Of a DNA stretch of 64,000 bases, positions 1 to 8,717 are shown piece by piece (the stretch's first letter is position 1; each line of letters begins with the position of its first letter). A model generated the notes under the pieces. It was given only the letters and a program-made list of their open reading frames with translations. It had not been told where the DNA came from and searched no databases. The DNA comes from an uncultured archaeon. Its GTDB lineage: Archaea > Nanobdellota > Nanobdellia > Pacearchaeales > GW2011-AR1. The stretch covers positions 197,147 to 261,146 of the forward strand of contig CABMGN010000008.1 of the NCBI GenBank assembly GCA_902385635.1. Reading direction: 5' to 3'. The position numbers and the translations under genes are program-made.

Positions 1-216
1 AAACTGCATAACTCCGAATTTATAGAGATTGCGCCAGATACTCATGTTGTTCAGTGTTCCCTTAAACTGGGCGTTATCAAAGATCCAAATCTTTCAAGGG
101 AAGAAATAAATAACCAATGGAGGCAAGTTTTAACCGGCTCAGGCATTACCCCTATACAGATGCATTCTCCCCTCTGGTTCTGGAGTAGAAACGGCTTTAA
201 GTTTGAAATAAAATGA
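1..216 (+). CDS. C-terminal part of a probable HhH-GPD (DNA glycosylase-like) superfamily protein, truncated by the window edge
   Basis: Frame 1 is open from base 1 (KLHNSEFIEIAPDTHVVQCSLKLG...MHSPLWFWSRNGFKFEIK*). APDTHV resembles the HhH-GPD 'PVDTHV' motif. The TGA overlaps the next ATG (ATGA). Confidence 0.5.
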   Translation, partial: KLHNSEFIEIAPDTHVVQCSLKLGVIKDPNLSREEINNQWRQVLTGSGITPIQMHSPLWFWSRNGFKFEIK

Positions 217-701
217 AAAAAGAAGAAATATTCTTTAGAAATGCGAGAATCTCGGATGCTCTAGCTATTTCTAAGTTAATAAAAAGAAATTTGGTGGGAG
301 CTAAGATTAATAAATACACCCTCGAACAGGTAAGAGGAATTGCCCAAAAGAATACAGTAAAAGAAATTCGAGAGAGGATAAAAAAGTTTAAGGTGTTTTG
401 CGCTCTTGAAAAAGGCAAGTTAATTGGAACAGTGTACTTCGGAGAGGTTTATCCTAAAGAGAATAATATTGGGGGGTTATATATCGACCCGGCCTTCTTA
501 TATCTAGGAGTTGGAAAAAAGCTCCTTCATCTTGTGGAGAAGTACGCCCGAAAGAAGAAAGTAAGAAGAATAGACCTCTATGCTTTAAACTACTCTAAAG
601 ATTTCTATTTAAGAAACGGATACAAAATAAATAAGGTTTACATGTGGAAGGTTGGAAAAGCAAAAACAAGAACTTACGGGATGGAGAAGAATTTAAAATG
701 A
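213..701 (+). CDS. GNAT family N-acetyltransferase
   Basis: Motif A-like LYIDPAFLYLGVGKKLL and C-terminal FYLRNGY. Confidence 0.85.
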   Translation: MKKEEIFFRNARISDALAISKLIKRNLVGAKINKYTLEQVRGIAQKNTVKEIRERIKKFKVFCALEKGKLIGTVYFGEVYPKENNIGGLYIDPAFLYLGVGKKLLHLVEKYARKKKVRRIDLYALNYSKDFYLRNGYKINKVYMWKVGKAKTRTYGMEKNLK

Positions 702-1012
702 CTTCTAAAAAAATAAAAATAAAGAGAGATAAGTATTTTAGGGCCAGGGATAGCTGTACTAGGATTCTTAAAATTCGATGTGCAAAGTGTAATAAAATAT
801 TATTCTTATATCAAAAAGATGGCCGTCCCGGGGGTTGGCTTAAAAGGTGTTACCTTAACAGAATTATTTCTCAAAAAGAGATTAACCCTTCTGCTAATTT
901 GAAATGTTGTAAGGTCATTGGGATTCCATACAAGTATAAAGACGGAAGAATCGCCCTTAAATTAGTCCGAGGAAATTTTAAAAGAAGTTACGGAGACCCC
1001 GTTTTAAAATGA
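698..1012 (+). CDS. Small basic hypothetical protein, probable Zn-binding
   Basis: Likely start ATG698 overlapping the upstream stop; CAKC...YQKDG...LKRCYL..CC pattern. Confidence 0.6.
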   Translation: MTSKKIKIKRDKYFRARDSCTRILKIRCAKCNKILFLYQKDGRPGGWLKRCYLNRIISQKEINPSANLKCCKVIGIPYKYKDGRIALKLVRGNFKRSYGDPVLK

Positions 1013-1782
1013 CCCCCAAACAAACACCCATTCAGACAGAAAAGCTCTTAGCAGCAATCTACGTTAGGGTATCAACCCAAGACCAAGCACAACACGGATT
1101 TTCTTTGGATGCTCAGCAGGACTCTTTAATCAACTATGCAAAAGCTCTTGGTTACGAAATCTTTAAGATTTACAGAGATGAAGGAAAGTCTGCTAAGGAC
1201 CTTACCCATAGGCCAGAGATGCTTCAGATGCTCAAGGATGCTGAAGAGAAGAAATTTGCAGCTATCTTTGTATACAAGTTAGATAGATTTTCAAGATCGA
1301 TCAAAGACTTAATCCTCACCATTGACCAGCTAAAAAAGTGGGGAATTGACTTCATTTCTTTACAAGACAAGATAGAAACAGCTTCTGCTTCTGGAAAGCT
1401 AATGTTTCACATAATTTCTGCTTTTGCTGAATTTGAAAGGAATATTATTGGAGATAGAACAACCTTTGGTATGAATAGAAAAGCTACTGAAGGAGGATTC
1501 ATAACTCGCGCCCCAAAAGGTTACAAACTTGTAAATAAAGAGCTAATGGTTGATGAACAACAAGCAGAAGAAATAAGACAAATCTTCAAGGAAGTTATTG
1601 AAACAGATTTTTCTTTAAGTAAAATCGCAAGAAAGCACGACTTAACAACCCCTGGCTTAATTAAATTGTTGAAGAATACAACCTACTTGGGAAAAGTAAA
1701 ATTCGCTGATCAAGAATCAGAGGGTAAACACCCCGCAATTATAGACAAACAACTGTTTGAACAAGTTCAGAATAAACTTTAA
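1009..1782 (+). CDS. Serine recombinase (resolvase catalytic domain plus recombinase domain; no C-terminal Zn ribbon/coiled coil)
   Basis: YVRVST with catalytic Ser, DEGKSA, KLDRFSRS, FAEFER, APKGY, YLGKV, HPAII. Confidence 0.92.
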   Translation: MTPKQTPIQTEKLLAAIYVRVSTQDQAQHGFSLDAQQDSLINYAKALGYEIFKIYRDEGKSAKDLTHRPEMLQMLKDAEEKKFAAIFVYKLDRFSRSIKDLILTIDQLKKWGIDFISLQDKIETASASGKLMFHIISAFAEFERNIIGDRTTFGMNRKATEGGFITRAPKGYKLVNKELMVDEQQAEEIRQIFKEVIETDFSLSKIARKHDLTTPGLIKLLKNTTYLGKVKFADQESEGKHPAIIDKQLFEQVQNKL

Positions 1783-1823
1783 ACCCCAATAATCTATTTA
1801 AAATTCCTTTCTTTCTTTGATTC

Positions 1824-2495
1824 ATGAAAATAAAATCTCTCCCAACAAATGAAAGGCCAAGAGAAAAGTTAATTAAATACGGGCCCGGGAAACTAACAGA
1901 ATCCGAATTGCTGGCTATAATTCTTAGGATCGGAAGCAAAAAAGAAAGTGTTATTGAATTAGCTAACAAATTATTTACTAAGTACAACGTCAAGACTCTT
2001 TCTAGACTAAACCTTTCTACTCTAAAAAAAGAATTTGGGATTGGAGAAGTAAAAGCCTGCGAAATCTTAGCTTGTTTTGAGCTGGGACGACGTCTTTCAG
2101 CATTTAAGGAAGATAAAAAACCGATAATATCAAATGCAAAAGACCTTGTGAAAATAATTCTTCCTGAAATGAGCTCTCTTGAAAAGGAACATTTCAAAGG
2201 AATATATTTAGATTCGCGAATGAGGATTGTCAAACAAGAAAATATCTTTATTGGCTCCCTAAACGAGTCTGTTGTTCATCCGAGAGATATTTTTAAGATT
2301 GCTTTAGAAGAAAACGCTGCTGCTTTAATACTAGTACATAATCATCCTTCTGGAGACCCTTCCCCGAGTAATTTCGATACAAAGGTGACTAAAGAAATTG
2401 CTAAATCTGGAAGAATGTTAGGAATTCCGGTCTTAGATCATGTAATAATTGGTGGGAAAACTTACTTTAGTTTCAAAGAAAAAGGCCTAATCTAA
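1824..2495 (+). CDS. radC: RadC family JAB-domain protein
   Basis: ERPREKL N-terminus, HhH GIGEVKA, VHPRDIF, HNHPSGDPSPS..D, LDHVII. Confidence 0.95.
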   Translation: MKIKSLPTNERPREKLIKYGPGKLTESELLAIILRIGSKKESVIELANKLFTKYNVKTLSRLNLSTLKKEFGIGEVKACEILACFELGRRLSAFKEDKKPIISNAKDLVKIILPEMSSLEKEHFKGIYLDSRMRIVKQENIFIGSLNESVVHPRDIFKIALEENAAALILVHNHPSGDPSPSNFDTKVTKEIAKSGRMLGIPVLDHVIIGGKTYFSFKEKGLI

Positions 2496-2496
2496 C

Positions 2497-2745
2497 TTAT
2501 TTTTCCAACATTTCTTTAATTTTCATTCCCTTTGGGGTTAATTTGTAAAGTCTTCCTGTTTTATCTTTCGGATTGAGTAACTTAACAATTTTCTTTTTTC
2601 TAAAATCTCTTAGAACATCACTTACATTATTCAGGCTAAGCTTGGTTTCTTCTTTAATTTCAGTAGGAATCTTTGCTTTGTTCATGGTTTTGAGAACCTT
2701 TCTCCTTTGTTTACCCCTAATCACCCAAGAATAGTCTTCTTCCAT
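2497..2745 (-). CDS. Small winged helix-turn-helix transcriptional regulator
   Basis: 82 aa; PTEIKEETKLSLNNVSDVLRDF helix-turn-helix and GRLYKLTPKG wing. Confidence 0.8.
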   Translation of the reverse strand: MEEDYSWVIRGKQRRKVLKTMNKAKIPTEIKEETKLSLNNVSDVLRDFRKKKIVKLLNPKDKTGRLYKLTPKGMKIKEMLEK

Positions 2746-2753
2746 AGACCGAA

Positions 2754-2793
2754 GTGTAGATTTGGTATAAAAAGACTTACCCTGGATCTACAC
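2754..2793. promoter_or_regulatory. Inverted repeat bracketing a TATA box (candidate operator)
   Basis: GTGTAGAT (2754-2761) and ATCTACAC (2786-2793) flank TATAAAAA in the divergent wHTH/TM2 intergenic region. Confidence 0.45.
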
Positions 2794-2809
2794 CGAAATA
2801 TTTAAAAGA

Positions 2810-3037
2810 ATGATATCTCTTCCTTTAATAATGGTTGAAAAGAAAGTTAACTGGACACTTTGTATGTTAATGTCTTTATTTTTTGGAGCGTTTGGTGTTG
2901 ATAGATTTTTAATGGGAAAGGTTGGAACTGGTCTATTAAAATTATTTACTTTTGGGGGATTATTTATTTGGTGGTTCATTGATTTCCTTCTCATTGTAAC
3001 GAAGCACAAATTTGAGGGAGTAGTATGGCAAGGGTGA
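2810..3037 (+). CDS. TM2 domain membrane protein (start may be ATG2831)
   Basis: FFGAFGVDRFLMGKVGTGLLKLFTFGGLFIWWFID is the TM2 signature. Confidence 0.9.
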   Translation: MISLPLIMVEKKVNWTLCMLMSLFFGAFGVDRFLMGKVGTGLLKLFTFGGLFIWWFIDFLLIVTKHKFEGVVWQG

Positions 3038-3636
3038 TCGATTTTAAAGCTAAGAAAAAATCTTGGATTAGAAGACATCCAATTTGGTCTTTAGTGATTC
3101 TTTTAGTAGCTTTGAATTTATTATTTCTGGGGGCTATTTTACCTGAAGATGAAAAAGAGAACAAACCTTCTGATTTAAAGACTACTTCCCAGAATATACC
3201 TAATCAAGTTCAAGAAACAAATAGTCTTTTCTCTTGTATTAAATCAATTGCAGAAGCTGAATGCCAAAAAGAGGGTCTGATATATACAGACTACAGTTCT
3301 TCTGTGGGGTTTATTACTTGTACTGATGATGGAGTTTATAGCATGAATGATATAGGAGATAATACAAGATACTTACAAGTATACGCTCCCCTTAGAATTT
3401 TCAAAATAAAATGTGGGATGTATAATACTTCAACAAATACGCAGCTTAAATGTCAAGAAGATTTTTTTGAATCTAAATGTCAAGGAGAAGACTTAATTTA
3501 TACTGACTGGAGCCCGTCCGTAGGTTTTATTACTTGTACGGACGACGGAATTTATACCTTTAAGGAAATTGGAGACGAATCAAAATACAAACAGATCTAT
3601 GTAACCTCGGAATTTGTTGATTCTAGATGCCCCTAA
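3025..3636 (+). CDS. Membrane-anchored protein with a tandemly duplicated Cys-containing extracellular domain
   Basis: N-terminal TM helix; two copies of C....LIYTD.S.SVGFITCTDDG.Y....IGD...Y.Q.Y. Confidence 0.7.
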   Translation: MARVIDFKAKKKSWIRRHPIWSLVILLVALNLLFLGAILPEDEKENKPSDLKTTSQNIPNQVQETNSLFSCIKSIAEAECQKEGLIYTDYSSSVGFITCTDDGVYSMNDIGDNTRYLQVYAPLRIFKIKCGMYNTSTNTQLKCQEDFFESKCQGEDLIYTDWSPSVGFITCTDDGIYTFKEIGDESKYKQIYVTSEFVDSRCP

Positions 3637-3683
3637 AAAACAGATTCTTCTAGCACCTATTTTGTAAGAGATATGAAATTTAA

Positions 3684-3872
3684 CTAAATAAATTCTTTCA
3701 CAAGATAATTAGTAACCCCCAAAATAACTAACCCAATAAGTATACTAAAAAGATAACTAACAACAGGTTCGTTTGGAAAGAGGTATAAGTCCATTAATCC
3801 CCACAAGCCCCTCCAAAAAGCGATTACTGCTGTGACAATGACCATTGCAGTTAAAGGCCTAAGATCTGCCAT
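3684..3872 (-). CDS. Small two-TM membrane protein
   Basis: Hydrophobic 62 aa with AFWRGLWGLMDLYLFP; directly downstream of corA. Confidence 0.7.
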   Translation of the reverse strand: MADLRPLTAMVIVTAVIAFWRGLWGLMDLYLFPNEPVVSYLFSILIGLVILGVTNYLVKEFI

Positions 3873-3873
3873 G

Positions 3874-4782
3874 TTAAGTTAGATCCCTCTTTTCAATCCA
3901 TCCTTTTTTCTTGAAGAAAATATAAAGCCCAACTATAGTTAAGACCATAAGGCCGAGAGCCCAGAAATATCCATAATTCCAGTATAACTCCGGCATATTT
4001 GTTGGAGATTGTCTAAAGTTCATACCATATATGCCTGCAATAAGGGCTGGGGCCATGAAGAAGGACATAATTATAGTCAATGTTTTCATAATGCTATTAA
4101 GGTTGTTAGAAATAGATGAGATGTACATATCTAAGTTATTAGTCAAAATATCTCTGTATATCTCTTCTAAATCTATTAGTTGAACTGTTTCAGAATAAAC
4201 TTCTTGGAAATTTTCTATTTCTTGCTTTGTAAGTCCAAGCGACGAGTCTCTGGTTATAGAGAGGAGAACTTCTCTATCCGCACTAAATGCTTTGTGAAAG
4301 AATATTAACTGTTTTTTTAACTCAAATATTTTTTGAACAGATTTTTTGGTAGGTTTTAAGACTATTTCTCCTTCAATGCTTTCGATTTCTTCATCAATTA
4401 ATTCCATTCTCTCGAAATATTCTGCTAAAACTTTTTCAAGTATAATTGCTAAAACTTCACTATTTTTTCCTTTTTTGGACCATGTTTGTAAGGTTTTAAG
4501 TGATACAACTTCATGTTTTCTTATGACAATCACCACCTTTTTTGAATAAATGATGTAGATGGTTGTTGTTTTCTCTTGTTTTTCTTTTCTATACGGTGCA
4601 GAAAAAGAGATAATCGAAAAATCCCCTTTCCTTGTTACTTTAGGCCTAGAGCTAAAATCAAGTTTTCCCCTAAGACTTTCAACATCAATTCTTAATTGCT
4701 TAGAAATCTTTTCTAAATCTTCTTTCTGCGGTTGAACACAATCAAGGAGGATACCTTCTTTTAGTTTATATTCTGAAATCAT
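3874..4782 (-). CDS. corA: CorA-family Mg2+/Co2+ transporter
   Basis: GIYGMNF signature, MPEL motif, two C-terminal TM helices. Confidence 0.95.
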   Translation of the reverse strand: MISEYKLKEGILLDCVQPQKEDLEKISKQLRIDVESLRGKLDFSSRPKVTRKGDFSIISFSAPYRKEKQEKTTTIYIIYSKKVVIVIRKHEVVSLKTLQTWSKKGKNSEVLAIILEKVLAEYFERMELIDEEIESIEGEIVLKPTKKSVQKIFELKKQLIFFHKAFSADREVLLSITRDSSLGLTKQEIENFQEVYSETVQLIDLEEIYRDILTNNLDMYISSISNNLNSIMKTLTIIMSFFMAPALIAGIYGMNFRQSPTNMPELYWNYGYFWALGLMVLTIVGLYIFFKKKGWIEKRDLT

Positions 4783-4834
4783 CTCTCTTCCCTACTCAAT
4801 AGGGACTTTCTTTTATAAATTTATTGAATAATAA

Positions 4835-4875
4835 AAATGAAAAAATAAAAATTCTAGTCTAGATTTAGAATCTAG
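4835..4875 (-). terminator. Hairpin overlapping the stop codon followed by a T-rich tract
   Basis: Minus strand CTAGATT-CTA-AATCTAG, then TTTTTATTTTTT. Confidence 0.5.
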
Positions 4876-5071
4876 GCTTTACTTTTGCATAACACTCTTT
4901 ACAAAAAACATCTTTTCCAGGTGTTGGTTTGAAAGGTACTTCACAATCTTTACCACACTTAGAACATTTTGCTTTATGCATTTCTCTAGGTTCAGAACTG
5001 AATACTCCGCCTCGACTTCCGCCTCTGCTGTTGAATCCGCCTCCACCGCCACGTCCGCCAAAATTTCCCAT
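4865..5071 (-). CDS. CxxC-x17-CxxC domain protein with Gly/Arg-rich N-terminus
   Basis: MHKAKCSKCGKDCEVPFKPTPGKDVFCKEC; GGAGG ribosome-binding site before ATG5071. Confidence 0.9.
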   Translation of the reverse strand: MGNFGGRGGGGGFNSRGGSRGGVFSSEPREMHKAKCSKCGKDCEVPFKPTPGKDVFCKECYAKVKPRF

Positions 5072-5271
5072 ATTTTCCTCCGATATATCCATTTAATTGC
5101 TTACTACAAGAAGTAGATTTTGGATCGTAATCCTTATATTAAGTAAAAATCAGAATAAAAAGTAGGTTATAAACTTTCTTATTGGTTATTTATATTTAAA
5201 AAGTAAATCATATCATTTTTATTATATTTTCATAAACAGATAGCTTTTAAAGCTAGTTTTTCTTTATCCTT

Positions 5272-6732
5272 TTGGTGAAGAGAATGGACTTAAATCAGAG
5301 CTTAGCCAATGTAAAAACTGAGGCCCTTGTAACTATTCTGAATCAGTTGGTAACTACTAGGCTGATCCAAAAACCGCTTTTAAGTAAGGTAAAAAAGGAA
5401 TTATATCAGAAAATAGTTGAAGAAGGCCCAGGTTTAAGAGCAGTTAAAGAAAAAAAATACTATTTTTTAGATGCTATGCTTACTGGGGCAATAAAAAATG
5501 TAGCAAAAGGGTATATTTCTACAGATGTTACTCGTAAAATAATCAAAGACCTTGTTGCAGGAGCCCTATTGGGGGGAAATAATTCAGAAGATATAAAACA
5601 GGCATTCAAAAAGAAGTATGGAGAAATGCCGCCTCACTTTTTAGTGATTTCTCCAACAATTAACTGTAACAAGCGGTGTGAGGGGTGTTATGCTGCTGTT
5701 GGTAAGGAGCAAGTTGTTAGTTTGCCTTATAGCGTTCTAGACAAAATGCTTGAAGAGGCCCATGATAAGTTCGGGTGTAGATTCATCACAGTAAGTGGTG
5801 GAGAACCCTTTATGTACAGGGATGGAAACAAAACTCTTTTTGATCTTTGGGAGAAGTATAATGATATTTATTTCTTAGTTTACACAAATGGTTCGTTAAT
5901 AACCCCCGAAGCAGCAAGAAAACTAGCTGAGTTAGGGAATGTAACCCCGGGTATTTCAGTTGAGGGTTTCAAAAAAGAGACAGATAAACGGAGAGGAGAA
6001 GGAACCTTTGAAGAAATTTTAACTGCATTTAAAAATTTAAGAGAAGCGGGTGTTCCTTTTGGGATTTCAGCAACCGCGACTAGACAAAACGCGGAAGTTC
6101 TGATGAAAGAAAAATTCTTTAAGTTTTATTTTGATGAGCAAGGAGCATCTTATATGTGGCAATTCCAACTTATGCCAATCGGAAAGGGGCGGGATGTTAT
6201 GGGTTCTATGTTGACTCCAGAGCAAAGAGTAAAATTATACAAGGTTTGGGCTCACCAAATAAAAGATAAGAAAAGATGTGTTGCAGACTTCTGGAATGCG
6301 GGTGTTTTATCAAACGGGTGTGTTGCCTACGGGGGGAATTCAGGTTATCTTTACATTGATTGGAATGGAAATATCATGCCTTGCGTTTTTGTTCCTTACT
6401 ACGTTGATAATATAAAAGATTTACAAGCTCAAGGTAAGGGTTTAACTGACGCTATGTTTTCGAAGTTTTTCAAGAGGGGAAGAGCGTGGCAGAAGGAGTA
6501 TGGTGTAGACAACGTAGACAAGCCCCATAATTGGTTAATGCCTTGTTCTATTAGAGACCATTTTGAAAATTTTAAGAAAAACATCTATTGTGAAGGAGTC
6601 AAGCCAGAAAATACCGACGCGGCTCTAGCTATTAAGTCTAAAGAGTACGAAGAAGAAATGAAAAAATTTGATACTACTCTTGCTAAGCTCACAGACCCTA
6701 TATGGGAAAAAGACTATCTGAAGAAGAAATAA
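5272..6732 (+). CDS. Radical SAM protein with SPASM/twitch-like C-terminus (start may be ATG5284)
   Basis: CNKRCEGC motif, SGGEP, YTNG, C-terminal C...YIDWNGNIMPCVF...PC. Confidence 0.9.
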   Translation: MVKRMDLNQSLANVKTEALVTILNQLVTTRLIQKPLLSKVKKELYQKIVEEGPGLRAVKEKKYYFLDAMLTGAIKNVAKGYISTDVTRKIIKDLVAGALLGGNNSEDIKQAFKKKYGEMPPHFLVISPTINCNKRCEGCYAAVGKEQVVSLPYSVLDKMLEEAHDKFGCRFITVSGGEPFMYRDGNKTLFDLWEKYNDIYFLVYTNGSLITPEAARKLAELGNVTPGISVEGFKKETDKRRGEGTFEEILTAFKNLREAGVPFGISATATRQNAEVLMKEKFFKFYFDEQGASYMWQFQLMPIGKGRDVMGSMLTPEQRVKLYKVWAHQIKDKKRCVADFWNAGVLSNGCVAYGGNSGYLYIDWNGNIMPCVFVPYYVDNIKDLQAQGKGLTDAMFSKFFKRGRAWQKEYGVDNVDKPHNWLMPCSIRDHFENFKKNIYCEGVKPENTDAALAIKSKEYEEEMKKFDTTLAKLTDPIWEKDYLKKK

Positions 6733-6767
6733 CTACATTTTATAAATAAATTATCTTTCTCTGTCTA

Positions 6768-7847
6768 ATGAAAAAATTAGATTATATTCAGATAATAATT
6801 TTATTATTTGTTTACTTTTTTATGAATCTTTACGTATTTTTTACATTCGCTTCTTTATTTAATCTTGAAAAGAACTTGATTTTCTATACTTTTTTCTCCA
6901 TTTCTTTCCTCTCTATTATCGCTCTAACTTTTCTTGAGAGGTCTTTTCCGAATCCGATTACGCGGTTTTTTTATATAATAGCTGTTGCCTGGTCAGGATT
7001 CTTACTTTTCTTTATTTGCCTTATAATCCCGTATAATATCTTAGAAATCTTCTTTACAATACCAAAGTTTATTGCTGGAATAGTTATTTTTACTCTTGGT
7101 GCAGCTTCTTCTGTTTACTCTTTAGTAAACTCACTTATTATACACACGAATAAGATACAAATCCCAATAAAAAACTTAAAGAAAAAAACCAAGATAATAC
7201 ATCTTTCAGATTTACATCTTGGTACAGTCAATAATTTAAGTTATCTCAAAAGTGTGGTTAACAAAGCAATTTTACTTAAACCAGACCTCGTTGTTATAAC
7301 TGGTGATTTGATTGACGGGACCGCCCCAATAAAACCTTCCAAACTTGAAGTTTTAAACAAAATAAAAGTTCCTATCCTTTTAATACTCGGAAATCACGAA
7401 ATATATGACCTTAAGGATGTTTACGAATCTCTTTCTAAAACAAAAGTAAAAATTTTAAGAGACGAAACTGTTAATTTTCGAGATTTTCAGATAATTGGTT
7501 TAGACTATGGTAAAGAAAGGGCGAAAGTAATTAAAAATGTTCTACGTAAAATGCCTTTGAGTAAAACAAAACCTAAAATACTCTTATATCACACACCCCT
7601 TTCCCCAAAATCCCTGTCTGAATTTGATATAGACTTACTTTTATCTGGCCATCTTCACGGGGGGCAAATATTCCCAATCCATTTTGTTGCAAAAGCAAGT
7701 TACCCCCACTATCGTGGACTTCAAAAGAAGGGTAAGTTTCATTCTTATGTTTCTCAGGGAACCGGTACTTGGGGCCCCCCAATGAGATTTTTTTCAAAGA
7801 ATGAAATAACTGAAATAGAGATTGTTCCCGAGGTTTCTCTTAATTAA
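6768..7847 (+). CDS. Membrane-anchored metallophosphoesterase (YkuE/YaeI-like)
   Basis: N-terminal TMs; DLH, GD, GNHE, H and GHLHGGQ calcineurin-like motifs. Confidence 0.92.
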   Translation: MKKLDYIQIIILLFVYFFMNLYVFFTFASLFNLEKNLIFYTFFSISFLSIIALTFLERSFPNPITRFFYIIAVAWSGFLLFFICLIIPYNILEIFFTIPKFIAGIVIFTLGAASSVYSLVNSLIIHTNKIQIPIKNLKKKTKIIHLSDLHLGTVNNLSYLKSVVNKAILLKPDLVVITGDLIDGTAPIKPSKLEVLNKIKVPILLILGNHEIYDLKDVYESLSKTKVKILRDETVNFRDFQIIGLDYGKERAKVIKNVLRKMPLSKTKPKILLYHTPLSPKSLSEFDIDLLLSGHLHGGQIFPIHFVAKASYPHYRGLQKKGKFHSYVSQGTGTWGPPMRFFSKNEITEIEIVPEVSLN

Positions 7848-8137
7848 TTGCTACAGTTTTCTTCCCAGCTTCTTAGACACTTTTGCTTAACTTCACACCA
7901 AGAGTAGCCTGCAGATCCAATACACCCGTGCTCATCCTTATCTCCCCCGACAACTTGGCTTTCACAGGGTGTTGTTGGCATTCCAGAAGAAGGATTCCCG
8001 TGTTTTATCCAAGTTCCATCTTCGCAAATCCAGTTATCTTCTGGGCCGAAGAATTTTATTACAAAGAGAGTTGCAAATAAGATCAACAATGCAACTAAGA
8101 TAATTGTGGCTACTATTTTAGATTTTTTTTCATTCAT
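7844..8137 (-). CDS. Small membrane-anchored Cys-rich surface protein
   Basis: TM helix, WICEDGTWIKHGNP..PC module, GGDKDEHGCIGSAGYSWC....KC...WEE.C module. Confidence 0.75.
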   Translation of the reverse strand: MNEKKSKIVATIILVALLILFATLFVIKFFGPEDNWICEDGTWIKHGNPSSGMPTTPCESQVVGGDKDEHGCIGSAGYSWCEVKQKCLRSWEENCSN

Positions 8138-8138
8138 T

Positions 8139-8672
8139 TTATCCCATTAAAGAAAAATTAAGATATGCTTGCCAATTTAACCATCCCGCAAAAACAACCC
8201 AGAAAAGGTAAGGGAGCAATAGGTAAGAAGATCTTCTTTCAATTTTCCAAAACCAGAGTACAAGGGCAAAAATAGAGAACCATAAAAATAGCAATTCTAC
8301 AAACGCCCCAAACGCATTCATTTGATAGAAAAAGATAAAACTCCATAAAACATTAAGGATTAAATTTACAGCAAATAGTCCTATCATAGTGTATTTTTTA
8401 TTTTTATTATCTCTAACTTTCATCCATCCAAAATAAGCAGAATATGCTACTAAAACAAAAATAGTATTCCAAACAACCGGAAAGACCCAGTTTGCTGGAG
8501 ACATATTTGGTTTAATCAAGTAATACCATTGAGACTCCATTCCCGAACTTGTAAAGAAACTTCCTATTCCTCCTGCAAGAAATACAAAAATAAGACACCA
8601 AATCAAAACCTTCCAATTGACTTTCTTCTTTGATTTAGAGCTCACTTTAACACCCCTTTTCCTCTTAGCCAT
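8139..8672 (-). CDS. tspO: TspO/MBR family tryptophan-rich sensory protein
   Basis: WYYLIKP..SPANWVFPVVW, LNVLWSFIFF, LLLPYLFWVVFA. Confidence 0.93.
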   Translation of the reverse strand: MAKRKRGVKVSSKSKKKVNWKVLIWCLIFVFLAGGIGSFFTSSGMESQWYYLIKPNMSPANWVFPVVWNTIFVLVAYSAYFGWMKVRDNKNKKYTMIGLFAVNLILNVLWSFIFFYQMNAFGAFVELLFLWFSIFALVLWFWKIERRSSYLLLPYLFWVVFAGWLNWQAYLNFSLMG

Positions 8673-8717
8673 AAAATAATATATGTTTCCTGAGTTTAAA
8701 AATTATATCCTTTCTTA

